Positions 1-11,625 of a stretch of DNA of 64,000 nt are shown piece by piece; position 1 is the stretch's first letter; every line of letters begins with the position of its first letter. The translations under genes and the position numbers were made by a program. The notes beneath the pieces are model-generated. The model searched no databases. It was not told the origin of the DNA and worked only from the letters and a program-made list of their open reading frames with translations. Where the stretch lies: positions 3,968,001 to 4,032,000 of the forward strand of contig CM007990.1 in the NCBI GenBank assembly GCA_002189035.1, written 5' to 3'. The DNA is from Utricularia gibba. Taxonomy: Eukaryota; Plantae; Magnoliophyta.

Positions 1-659
1 GAAATTAAATCAATTGGTATGTCACATTCATTGAAAAATTCGAAAAGTATTTGATTGGAATTCATATGTTTACTTATATAACTTTGAGTACTTGGACAGT
101 TATCTCGAAAAATATGAATACTTAATTATGAAATAATTGTTAGATATACATTTAATTTTTTTATAGTATATCTCTTTAATAAAACTTAAATAGTAATTAT
201 TACAAAATTAAAAATAGCGAAACATCTCACTAAATACTTTTAATATAATAATTATTACAAAATTAAGAAATACATAAATTATGTATACCTAATGATTTTA
301 TTATTTAATATTTGTAAACAACAATTATTTTTTTGAAAGAAGATAAGAGTATCAACCTACAATCGAATATGCACATCAACTAGGAAAAGTGATTTAATCA
401 CTTTTCTAAATCACCCTTATAGATAAGTTCATCCTATATCCAATGATTCAAGTTATTAATGGTGTCCAAGCAAATGTTCCGACACTTTCCAATTCATTTC
501 CATTTTTGGCGTATATTAAATACTTTTTTATATTACTTTTTTTAAAAAATAAGAAATTCGTGAATTTATATACACATAGAGACCATTTTTTCATACATTA
601 AGATGGTTGATTTTTTAATAAACTTTGATTCATGCGGTTTGGGATCAGTCAAACCCTAC

Positions 660-998
660 GGCCCCGTTTGGTTGAGAGTTCGGTGATATAAATTATTTAG
701 GTATCTTTAAACCCATATTCATGGGTTTTATGTAGAAACATGTTTGATTCGTGTGTTAAAATTATTTGGATTTATCATTACATGTGTTTAGTATATTAAT
801 TTAAGAAATAGGTGTTTATAATTAATATGGGTATACTTAAACCCACCCCCTAGATGAGTTTATATAAACCCATATCTATGGGTTATTGATTGATTTATCT
901 AAATCTGTGAGGTAAATTTAAACTCAATAATAACCTACATACCATCAAATATTAAACATATGTATAAATCTAGTTAAACCCACAAACCAAACGAGGTC
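660..998. mobile_element. Tourist/PIF-Harbinger-like MITE
   Basis: Imperfect TIRs GGCCCCGTTTGG (660) and CCAAACGAGGTC (ends 998), 10/12 match. A 3-bp TSD TAC lies on both sides and the interior is AT-rich and non-coding. Confidence 0.75.
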
Positions 999-1448
999 TA
1001 CATGTGTTCACATGTATTAAATACATTTTAAAAGCTAAAATAAATATTTAATTTATCGAAATCTTATTTTAATAACCTCGAATTTAGCTCTATGAAAATT
1101 ATCATAGAATCACATACGTAAATCTGATGAACAAAGGATGATGAAAGGGAATGCTTTTTCCACATTAAATCTCATCAAATTGTGAAAACTGGAAATCCCT
1201 CCTGCCTGCCTTTTCCTGTGTTTGTTTCTCTGCTTTGTAGTCTGGTGAATTTGGATTTCTGTATTGTTGCATATGGCTGGCTTGGTTTTTATCACGTAAT
1301 GTTAAAAGTTGAAAATTGATGGCCTTTATGCTATGGCGGCCATTTCTGATTTCCCGATTCAGTCCAGTCCTTCGCACTACTCATTGATCGTGTTAGATTA
1401 GCGCCTTGTAACCAGTTGGAGATAATGGTGTTAGGTACGGATTTAGTG

Positions 1449-4400
1449 ATGAAGACAAGTACCTGGAAGCAAAAAGAGCTTGTATTTCTTGTGCTATATG
1501 CTGCCGTCTTCTACTGGATTGTAATCCGACGCTCACTCCAGCTCTCACATGGTATGGCTCTGAATTGGAGATCTGTTTTTAGTATCCCATTGTTTTGAAT
1601 GATTTTTTAAATCTCTTTATGGGATGTGAATGCTGGCAGATCATTTCTTCAAGCTTCATGGACTGCGTCCTGGCTGGATTTCGGGTCGACTGAATGTATT
1701 GCAACTTCTTTGCTGTTAACGTTCAAAAACTGTTTTCTGTTTGTGCTCAATCTGATATTTGTTCATGAAATTTATTTTTTAAGGGACAAATGCTAGTTGA
1801 TGGCATTTTTTTGTTTGTTATGTTGGTTTGAAGGGGATTTGTCGAAGTAATTGATGAGATATTTTCTATGATTGCCGTCAACGTACTTTCTTAATTCTAT
1901 CCTCTTTTCTTTTGCCTGTGCTTTCATTTCTCTGACAGTGTAGCTGAATTTTATTATACATTAGTCGATCAAAAATTATATGTACAGGATGTTTCTGATG
2001 CGCAATGGAGAAATTTCAGAGGGAATTTAAGCATCCTCACCCTGGTTTTCGGATTCTTCTCATTTACTGCAACCATAATCAGAAAATCATTTTCATTGAA
2101 AGCAAAGGGGATGTCAATTATCTGGACAATTCTTTCGTTAGCTTACTTGTTGTATCTACATGAAGCTTGGTATGCATGAATCTTTTCTTGTGAAACAATG
2201 TTGCAGTTTGTCATGGTTAACTTATGGTATAACCGTTGTATATTTTTCCTGATGCAGTGTCATCTTTATTCTGGGTATTGCGTCGGCTAATTTTCTCCTT
2301 GTAAAGGTTTGTTTTGTACAAGAACTTAAATGCTATTAGAGTTATTCTGGTTGTTAAAGCTGCTAGAGGTATGGGTGGTAGGAACTCATTGAATGTTGGT
2401 AGAATTTGAAGAGTGCATTTTGATATGTTTTTAGCATGCGAAGGCAGATGGGTCAAAGAACTGGAAAAACTCTTGTCTGCCAGGCAAGAGCACGATAGGG
2501 GTTGTTCCTTGCAGCAGTTTACTGGAGGGATACTTTCCCTCTACCCTAATCCTGAAAATTGTAAAGTAGGTGTTACAATGAACAACCTCGTATTCTGTGG
2601 CATTGATGCATGATTTCCTGTGGCTTTGATGGTCTGGAATTTGGTGACTCAAAACTGTGGAAAAGAGGTTAATTTTGGCTTCGGTGCCTAAAAGTTATTT
2701 TCAACTTCCCTCATGGTTTTTCTGTACTCTCATGGCCTGTAAAATGGCAAATGCAGAACGTGTCCCATGAATTAAGCTCGATTATTTAAGGAGAGGGAAT
2801 ATTAGTCCATAGTTTGCATCCACTTTTAGTGTGGTATGCTCCTCTTGTGTACTACGTTTGTGTGGGCTTTCGGTTTTTGAACCATTTAGAAGCTTTTTGA
2901 CCGAGGGATTTTATAGAAACAAGAAAAATAATTTAGGTTTGTTCATTTAGACTTCTCTACTCGTTTTCATAAACTAGTGAATGAGGTATTCGTCTGATAT
3001 TTACTTCTGCAGATGTTTGGAAGGGAAAAATATTTCTTACTTATTCTCTGGATTTTTAACCTGTCATTTCTCATCTGCAATCGAATCTGTGAAGGATATC
3101 GCTTCTCTAGCTTTGGGTAATGTCTTCTCTCATGAATTTGCTATCCAACTTTAATTGTCAAGTTCACATGCAGCCATTTGCTTTTTGCTCGTGTAGGAGT
3201 TACTTGGCCTATCTGGATAGCTTTCGTGGTACCTTCAGATGGCATATCTGCTTCAACTTTGGTATATTATAATTTATTTTTAAGATGCGATTGATAGACC
3301 TAATAAAAAAATGTGTCAACAAAGAACATGAAACATCAAAGCTTTCCATGAGATGATGAAAATACATGTTTTTCTGTTAATTTTATATGTTTTCTACTTC
3401 AGTATTCAAGCTTCTTGTTTTACCTAAGTGTCATGAATATTGAACAAATCAGAGTCAGGTATATTTATTTCATTGTTGTCAAAATCATTAAATTAGCTTG
3501 CCGTACCATATATTGGAATGAATATATAGCTACCGGTGTGATCCTATTATACATTTGCTGCAGTTGTACTGCGAATGCTAAGCTTTGGCTATGACTACCA
3601 TTGGGCTGACAAGTCAAAATCAGTAGATCAGAAGGTGTGGCTAGATATTCTATATTTGGGAGAAATCCATAAAATGTCATCACTGAAAGTTTGTTTTATC
3701 AACTCGAAAGTCCCTGTTCCTCTCTTTTACTTTATACCAGCTTCCATTATTCAAAAAAAAAAAAAAATCTTCAATTTATATTTTCATGTAAATTTTAAAT
3801 GGATGAGGTGGGAATAGAGTATCCTAATGCTAATATGGTTGCATGCAGAAACAATATAACTCAGTAGCTAGCCTGAGGAGTAATTATCGGTTAATAACTA
3901 TGATGTTGAGTTTCTTTTTTCTACATGTTCTGCCTACAATCAATCCAAATGCAGCTTTTGGTATCTGCTATTGCTTAAAGCTTCCTTCTTATTATGTATG
4001 AACCGTGTACAGCATTGTGACCATTGTGCATCTGGAAGGACATGTTATTTTGTGTTACAGGTTAGCTTCAGAGTTATCACTTGCCACTTTTTTGCTAAAA
4101 TGCTTTGCAACATCTGGTAAACTAGCATCTCGAATGGTTCGCTCATATCTGCTTTGTCAACAACATCTTTGGTGTCCTCCAGGAGACAAGGGTTGCTGAT
4201 GACAAATTCTCATATCTCATGTACTTGTGTTATCTGTCTTATTGTCCTCTATATATTGCTGGACCGATCATTGGCTTCAATGCATTTGCTTCACAGGTTT
4301 GTTATGCTTGGTGTTTTGGTCATGCTGCTTTCTTTTATAGTTATTTGTATATGTTTAGTGTTCGCATGTGCATGCATAGCCTTCATTTGTCATTTTCTGT

Positions 4401-6553
4401 CACTTTTCTTTTTTTACTTTGTTTCTCTATTTTTTTTTATTGTCCTATGTCACTTAGTTTCTCTGCCATGAGCTTTTCTTTTTACTCCTTGATGGTTTCA
4501 GTTTTTCAGTAAATGAGAAGATTTGGGTGGTGTGCAAGAAAATTTTGGTTTTTTGGTTTATGAAACTTTACAATTTATCTTTTTCAATGTCCTGCATATC
4601 TCTTTTTCAGTATTTCCTAGACATGTGTCTTAGCATCCGTTCCTTGCATCAATGCAACATGAAATCAACTTAGTTAAGTTTGTGCAGTTGGATTCTCCCC
4701 AAAACATCTACTCAACTTGGGAAGTGTTCTTGTACGGATTGCGCTGGACATTTAGTTTTCTTCTTATGGAGTTAATGACACATTTCTTTCATTACAATGC
4801 CTTTGCCACGAGGTCAGTGCACGTTTTTCACAAGTAAAATGATTTTATATTTGTATCATATAAATAGAATTGAGTTTTTGGTTTGAAGTGGATTGTGGAA
4901 GCAGTTGTCTCCACTGGATATTTTCATCATTGGATATGGGGTAATGGTTGCTAACCATTTAATCCTGCTTTTTTCTTAAGCCCATTTAATTTGAAGTTCG
5001 AACCAAAGATTGACATATTTTCAAATATTACAGGTTCTAAACTTCATGTGGCTCAAGTTTTTCCTGATCTGGCGTTATTTTCGATTATGGTCAATGGTAA
5101 AGTTTTGTTATCTACTTTTCTTCGGCTCTGGATTTCCTAATTTCCAAGCATATGATTATATAGAAGTGTGCCAAGGGCTCAACTAGCACTACATAGCTGT
5201 AGATTAATGGCGTTGTGGTTCCTGAGAATATGCCAAGATGTGTAAACAACTGTCACAGCTTGGAAACCTTTTGGAAAAGCTGGCATGCTTCGTTCAACAA
5301 ATGGCTCGTTAGGTATTAGCTGTGTCTCTCCATTATTTGTTATATTTCTTCTGTACATGCCTTTATCTAGCTTCTAATTTTGTTAGGTACATCTACATAC
5401 CTCTTGGAGGCTCTAAGAAAAAGCTGCTCAACGTTTGGCTCATATTTACATTCGTTGCTATATGGCATGATTTGGAGTGGTATTACTAGCTTATCTAGGT
5501 TCTATGAACAATCAATGACAACTTTTTGTTCTCGAGTCCCACTGCTAATACTGCTCTGCCTTATAGGAAACTTCTTTCTTGGGCATGGTTGACTTGTATA
5601 TTCTTTGTTCCAGAAATGATAGTAAAATCATTGGCAGGATCGTATCAGGTATGAATCTTGACTCTCCTTTACTCTTGTTGTGATAAATGAAGAATTTGCT
5701 TAGTGCAATGCATGTAGACAAGACCATTCACACACATTTCCTAAAGTATCCAACGCTTCAAAGCATCCAACTTCTAAGTTCATAATAATAGCAATAGTAA
5801 TCTGAATGTGATAATGGCCAGGACTTTCGGTTATGGGCTTATTGCATCATGTGTGTCAGGTGGAGAGTGCTTTTGGAGAATTCATTTTCCGTGAACTTAC
5901 CGCCATCTCCGGTGCTGTAACAATAACATGCCTCATGGTTCGTCTTCTACTGCCTTCACATTTTAGTATAGCACGTGATAGGTACAATAAATATGTGCCC
6001 TTGTCATGCTTGCAAAATGTCTACCAAAATTTCCTTAGCCGATCAGGAAATGTGCGTCTTTCAGTAATGAGCTATTAGTGACTTTTTATTCAAGATAGAA
6101 AATTACCAAGCAGCAAAGTAGTCTGTTGGTTCTTTCGCTGAACTTTGTTCCCAAGACACCAATATTCATGATGTCATGAATTGTAATAGTATCAATTCGG
6201 TTATTGAAGGTGGCGAATCTTGTGGGGTTTGTTATCGGACCATCAGGAATCAGTTGGTTGCTTTCAGGGTTTCTCCAAGAAGGAGGTTGTCCCCCTTTAT
6301 TCCGTGTTTTGTAACTAGAAAAGCTCTTCAAGTAATATAAAAAGCATGTTACAGGTCTCGCCACGATTGGCGGTCTGTTGATTTCATTCTACCTCGGGAC
6401 GAAGGTTGGTACACTGGAACTCCTCCATCCCTCATGATCAGCGTGCTCCATTGCCGCAGTGCATTTTTTATCATACCTTTTCTTCCTTTGTTGAACTTTC
6501 AGCTTATGCTTCACATCTCTGAAGCCAAGCAGCAGAAGTACAAGACCAGATGA
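1449..6553 (+). CDS. Membrane-bound O-acyltransferase (MBOAT), GUP1/HHAT-like, similar to the Arabidopsis At1g57600 type; 19 exons, ~523 aa
   Basis: Manually spliced GT-AG exons: 1449-1551, 1640-1695, 1988-2169, 2258-2306, 3013-3116, 3197-3261, 3564-3634, 4013-4060, 4183-4296, 4688-4812, 4889-4940, 5034-5096, 5203-5312, 5387-5479, 5567-5648, 5860-5937, 6210-6285, 6355-6404, 6503-6553 (1572 nt, open). Motifs: [50 protein letters not shown] and the catalytic-His segment [10 protein letters not shown]. Confidence 0.93.
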
Positions 6554-7758
6554 CTCCTAAGGTAAAACGTAACTTCAACTGCTCCCCCCATTTCTCGACT
6601 ACCCACTTGATTCTTGTCAGAATTTGGATATTCTTTGGGTTTTTTTAGTATCATTGTTTTAACCTTGAATGTAAAATGTCGTTTTATAGTAGGTTATTAA
6701 TATATTTAAATATAATGTAATTGAGTATGTATATAACATTTGATATTCGAGAATATAAATCTAAATATATAAGTGTTATAAATATAATTAGTTATTTTTA
6801 TATTTATGTATACTATCCATTTGCTAAAAGAAATAAATGGTATAATCATATAATATTAGTATATATATGTTAATTAATTAAATAATATTTTATATATAAA
6901 TTTAGATATAAATATTTTATACTATATTATTATTAAATTTATTCTAAAAGTATCTATATATTTTGCACCACACTTGCCGTGGAGTCGACCCCACGAAATC
7001 AAATTACCATAATAAAATATATCCATTTCTTCTTCTTATTTAAATTTGGGCGGAATTTTTCTATGCTACAATTGATGAAATGGGCGCGCGTGAGAACAAA
7101 TAGTGCTCCTAAAGTAAACCAAACGTGGAAAGACAATGCCTAAAGGACAAGTGGCATGAAAAGCAATTTACGGTTATTTATATCTGAAGCACTCTTTTAA
7201 ACACAAATGGGATCCATACATAGGTTCGATAATTTTTAATTATATTCTCAAGTGAATATATCAAAGTATTTAATATACGCAAAAAATGGGAATGAATCGC
7301 AACGTGTCCGTGCCACCCTAATGACCCACCGACATCTCACTCGGTTGATAAAAAATATATTCAAGTAATTATCACGAGAAAATTAAAAAACATTAAGAGT
7401 CAATTTAGGAGTTTCATATCGTACACGTGGCAGGCAGCCCGGGATCCACGAAACCATCACTTACGTTTTGTTGAGCTATTTATTTTTAGTTGTATATTAA
7501 ATTTAATACGACAAAATCGCTATCAAAGGCAAAAAAACAAAAACGAATGTGGTGGATCGATTCATTATTATTCATTTATAACCTAATAATAAAATAAATA
7601 AATAAGAAGATTCCTGAGGTGCTGAGTTGCCCCGAAGCTTCCGACGTCCCCCACTCCCTAGGGCTCTTGCAATTTGTCACTTTTTTTGGGTGCTTTTTCG
7701 GGTAATCTTATTGGCCTAAGAACGTTTTTTTATTGGAGAAGGTCAACTAGTGCCAAGT

Positions 7759-8071
7759 GTTTCATAATAACAACCATTTGAGACACTTTGGTTAGACAAT
7801 TATTATTTACTAGGAGGAGAAAGAGGGAGGAATGCCTAACCTCATCACCCATTTTAAAGTTATGGATTCATTTTGAAAAAGAATCAAGTAGAAAGTGGGG
7901 AGAGCCAAATAAGAATAGCCCACGACCCTCTTTTTATGTAGGTGGATGTGCAAATACTCAACCTCCTCAAGTAATAATGTAACAAATTACACTATACATA
8001 ATACATTGTTTTGAAACTTGTTTTAAGTACATTGTATTAAACCATGAAAGTTAGATGGTCAGATGAATCAT
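7759..8071. mobile_element. Possible small insertion flanked by an 11-bp direct repeat
   Basis: TAGTGCCAAGT occurs at 7748-7758 and 8072-8082. The termini show only weak inverted similarity and the element class is unresolved. Confidence 0.3.
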
Positions 8072-8902
8072 TAGTGCCAAGTTTTTATGTCTCAGCACGA
8101 TGGGCTAAAAACATACTTCAAAATGATATACTGTAGATAACATAAATTATCATGATTTGAAAGATATAGTAATATGGTTTAATTTAAATTTAATTATATT
8201 TTAAAAATAAGTATGTTTGTTGTTGAGATGTTTGTAACATAACTTTTCAAATTATAAAGTTGAAATATCTAATTTTATTTTTTAAAGTTGGGGGATTAGA
8301 CTTTTGTAAAGTAGATTAGTCATACCCCACGTCTTCCGTTCTCCGTGGTTTTGCGAAGAAAAGTAGTTATTTCATGAGAGAGAAGGGGAAAAGTAAGAAA
8401 CTGTTTTCCCACGCCGTCGGCTATTTTTTTAATATTTATATATTTTATTTTTACTCACCTCGGAGTACGTGTACTATTGAAAATAGGCATAATTATAAAG
8501 TAATAATTTACTACACAGCTGGTCTAGATTCTTCATTTATTTTGTCTTACTGTAATAAAATATTCGAATTTTTTACCACCAAAAATTGCATTAATAATCA
8601 TTTAAAAACGTATATTTTTACTTCAAGGGAGGGGTGGATTAATAACTAAAAGAATGACTCGTGGTACACCAACTTATAATAATATAATAATTATTATATG
8701 GTATTTTTGGGAAATTTGAAAATGAGCCGGAAAATCAACACAATCAACAATGGTTGGTTTATTGAACAAATTTCGCAAGGAAGGGCCAGGGGACGGGGTA
8801 ATGCGGCCAGCGCGGGTCCGCCGTACACACGGACTCCCTTTGAGAGACTAGACGTTCATTTGATTGAACACCTCCGGTTTTGTGGATCCCGAACCGTGAG
8901 CC

Positions 8903-9235
8903 TCAAAGCCAAGAACCCGGTCCACGGCAGCAATTGGAGGCGCTGGCGGCGGAGTACAGGCGGCGGAAGGTCCTCCCTCTCCTTCCCGCAGAAAACACGA
9001 GGCCGTTCTTGAAGCTAATCCACAGCCTCCTCCTCATCTTCCTCACGGTCCTGAACCGGGCCCAGATCACCTTCTTCGCTCTGAGGAACGTCTTCTTCAT
9101 CTTTTCCGCGAAGGTCTGCTTCCTCGAGAACTGATAGCTTCTGAGGAAGAGCAGGCGCTTCTCCGCCTCCGTGTACGCCGCCTCGCTTCTGAGGAAGCAC
9201 GCCGGCTCGATGACGGAGTAGCTGAGAGCCGTCAT
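8903..9235 (-). CDS. Uncharacterised plant-specific small basic protein (110 aa, intronless)
   Basis: GC-rich ORF from the ATG at 9235: MTALSYSVIEPACFLRSEAAYTEAEKRLLFLRSYQFSRKQTFAEKMKKTFLRAKKVIWARFRTVRKMRRRLW... The R-x-x-FLRSYQFSRK motif resembles a widespread angiosperm family of unknown function (recognised from memory). Confidence 0.8.
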   Translation of the reverse strand: MTALSYSVIEPACFLRSEAAYTEAEKRLLFLRSYQFSRKQTFAEKMKKTFLRAKKVIWARFRTVRKMRRRLWISFKNGLVFSAGRRGRTFRRLYSAASASNCCRGPGSWL

Positions 9236-10144
9236 CGGAGAGGGAACACAGAAACAGAAACAGAAATAGATATAGATGGTAGATACAGACACAGAAGTGG
9301 TGGTGCGTATCTATAGGCTTGAAACGTGAGAGAAGTACGAGAGGGCAGAGGGGGGTGGGTTTCGTTTTAGTGAAGTTTTTATTGCCCGGTGAAAGGACTT
9401 TTATGAGAGGAGGCGCGGCGGGGGCATGTGGGTGGGTAGCTTGAGCCAATACGACGACGTTCGGGGGGTCGGTGCCCCGGTGCCCCTTTTTAATCTTGGC
9501 TCCTGGGTAAATAATTTAAATGGAAAAAGATCATTAATAAATTGAATTTAAATTATTAGGCAACCCGGCTACTACAACGGTTTAAACTTTTTAATCCAAA
9601 ATCATTTCATAAAGATGTCTTAATGATTGACAATGATTCATCCAAAAAATTTAATGCTATTTGTTGCAGAATATTTTAATATTTTGTTTTCATATTGTAT
9701 TTAAGAAGGGAACATCGGGGTACAATAATTTGTGTTATTAAAAGATTGACCCATTAATTTGAACGAAAGCCTATTATACATAGGTAGGTAATATACCGTT
9801 TTCACAAAATTAGTTTGTGATATACATATGCATTGGCTTCATGACTAATCACCAAGTGATTACTCGTAAATCGATCCCTCTAAAACTATCCAAATGATAC
9901 GAATTGGAAACACTCATTGACTAATTTTGTATCAAAAACATGGAAGAATTAATGGTTGGATTTTTTATGAGCAATCAAATTGGACACTATTAATCGAATT
10001 AATGGTTGGATTTTTATTTTAAAAAACCACCAACAAAATTATTTTTTTTCTTATTAAGAAGTGTTTATTGAGTTGAATTTTAGTTCTATTATGAATTGTT
10101 TGAACTTCAGGCTAAAACAATTGAGAAACAAGTGTTTTGGATCA

Positions 10145-10221
10145 AGCCCAGCTATTTCAAATGCAGGGCTCATTAGAGGAAAACAGAGTAAGCCCATGTA
10201 ACTGCCAAATAAAGCAGCCCA
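10145..10221. promoter_or_regulatory. Cluster of three site-II-like (TGGGCT/AGCCCA) motifs in the divergent intergenic region
   Basis: AGCCCA occurs at 10145, 10191 and 10216. Site II elements are known TCP-factor sites; function here is inferred only. Confidence 0.35.
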
Positions 10222-10402
10222 TGATCCGTCACTTTTATTTTTTTTTTTTACAAAAATTACTCATACACATATTTATTATACAATATATAATATTATACAA
10301 ATTAAAATAATTATTATTTAATTTTTTTAATAAAAATTATTGAATATTATTTAAAAAATCATATATTTGAATTAAATCTATATAACTTGAGATTGACACT
10401 TA

Positions 10403-11071
10403 GGATCGTTTGATAGGGTATTTATTGGATATAAATTGAGTTTAAAAATAAACATTCGTTTGATTAACTATTTTTCTTTTCTTATGACCCGTTTCTAAAA
10501 TTCGGATTTCGTTATTAAACCTGGGTTTTGGGTATTTTTGGATATTTTTGTGAATCCATCAAGAAGATAGGTTTAGTAAGACTAACATAATAATTATCTC
10601 TTTTATCTTTTTATTCAATCATAACTTTTACATACATGTAAAGATATTTATCCTCCCTCAAAACCCTAGCTACCAGGTAATCTTGAGAGACTACTCCTAT
10701 TCATCTTTTTCAAAAACTTTGTTTGTGTTTACAATAGGATGTAAGCAGTTCTCTTGCTAAAAAATTCAAGTTGAATAGTATTTTGGGAGAATTTCAATGA
10801 TGCTGGACTGCACAGGAAATAGCAATTTTCTTGCTAGGAACACAAGTTTTTATGATGGGATTTGAGAAAAAGTAATTATGTCAATTAATAAGGATGTAAT
10901 GATAAAAAATCATTAAAACCAAATTTTTATTATACCCAACCAAACACACATTTCATTATTCTTTATAAAATAAACTATCATACCAAATTAATTAAATCCA
11001 TTCATTTGAAGGTTTTATTTTTCTTAGTTTTTAAAAGCACTCTAATACTAAACATTATACCAAACGAATCC
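10403..11071. mobile_element. Tourist/PIF-Harbinger-like MITE
   Basis: Termini GGATCGTTTGA and CCAAACGAATCC, with a 3-bp TSD TTA at 10400-10402 and 11072-11074. Confidence 0.75.
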
Positions 11072-11625
11072 TTAGTTCCTGTTTATTGATAGGAAATACT
11101 CAAATTACAATTAATTAAAATATTTAATAGGTTTGATTTGCATATTTATAATGTTTTTGTACATAATAAATATGAAGAGATAAAAAATTATGACATGTTT
11201 TATTCAAAGTTCAAACTCATATAGTTTGAAAATTTTGAGTTTGTATTTAATTTGTGATTAAAATGTATATGCTATCAAATACATTAAACATATTTTTTAT
11301 TTAACGAAAAACTAATGTTATCTAACGTATCAAATAGGGAATTAGTATTAAATTTAAGAATTCAATTTTAATACATGAACTATATTATTTTATCTGGAAA
11401 TACATATAAAACACATCACACACACATTGTCAGAGAGTCGATGTGTTTTCCACAAATATCTGCCTTAAAATATCCATCGAAATTTGTAGACACTTAATAA
11501 ATCCTGCGGCTCTCACAGGCGAGGTGGAGGTTACCGTTGCCATAGAACAAGAGGATCCTCCCTCTCAACTCGCCACCCTTATCCTCTTCTCATTTCTCCG
11601 CCATCCGCCGCCGTCGCTGCTGCAG

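Noticed and set aside
1273-1448. Short uORFs and an in-frame upstream ATG before the MBOAT start
   Set aside because: The transcription start and possible 5'-UTR introns are unknown, and there is no conservation evidence.
9015-9449. 144-aa minus-strand ORF and overlapping plus-strand ORFs at 8698-9134
   Set aside because: Alternative frames of the GC-rich 8903-9235 gene, where stops are scarce.
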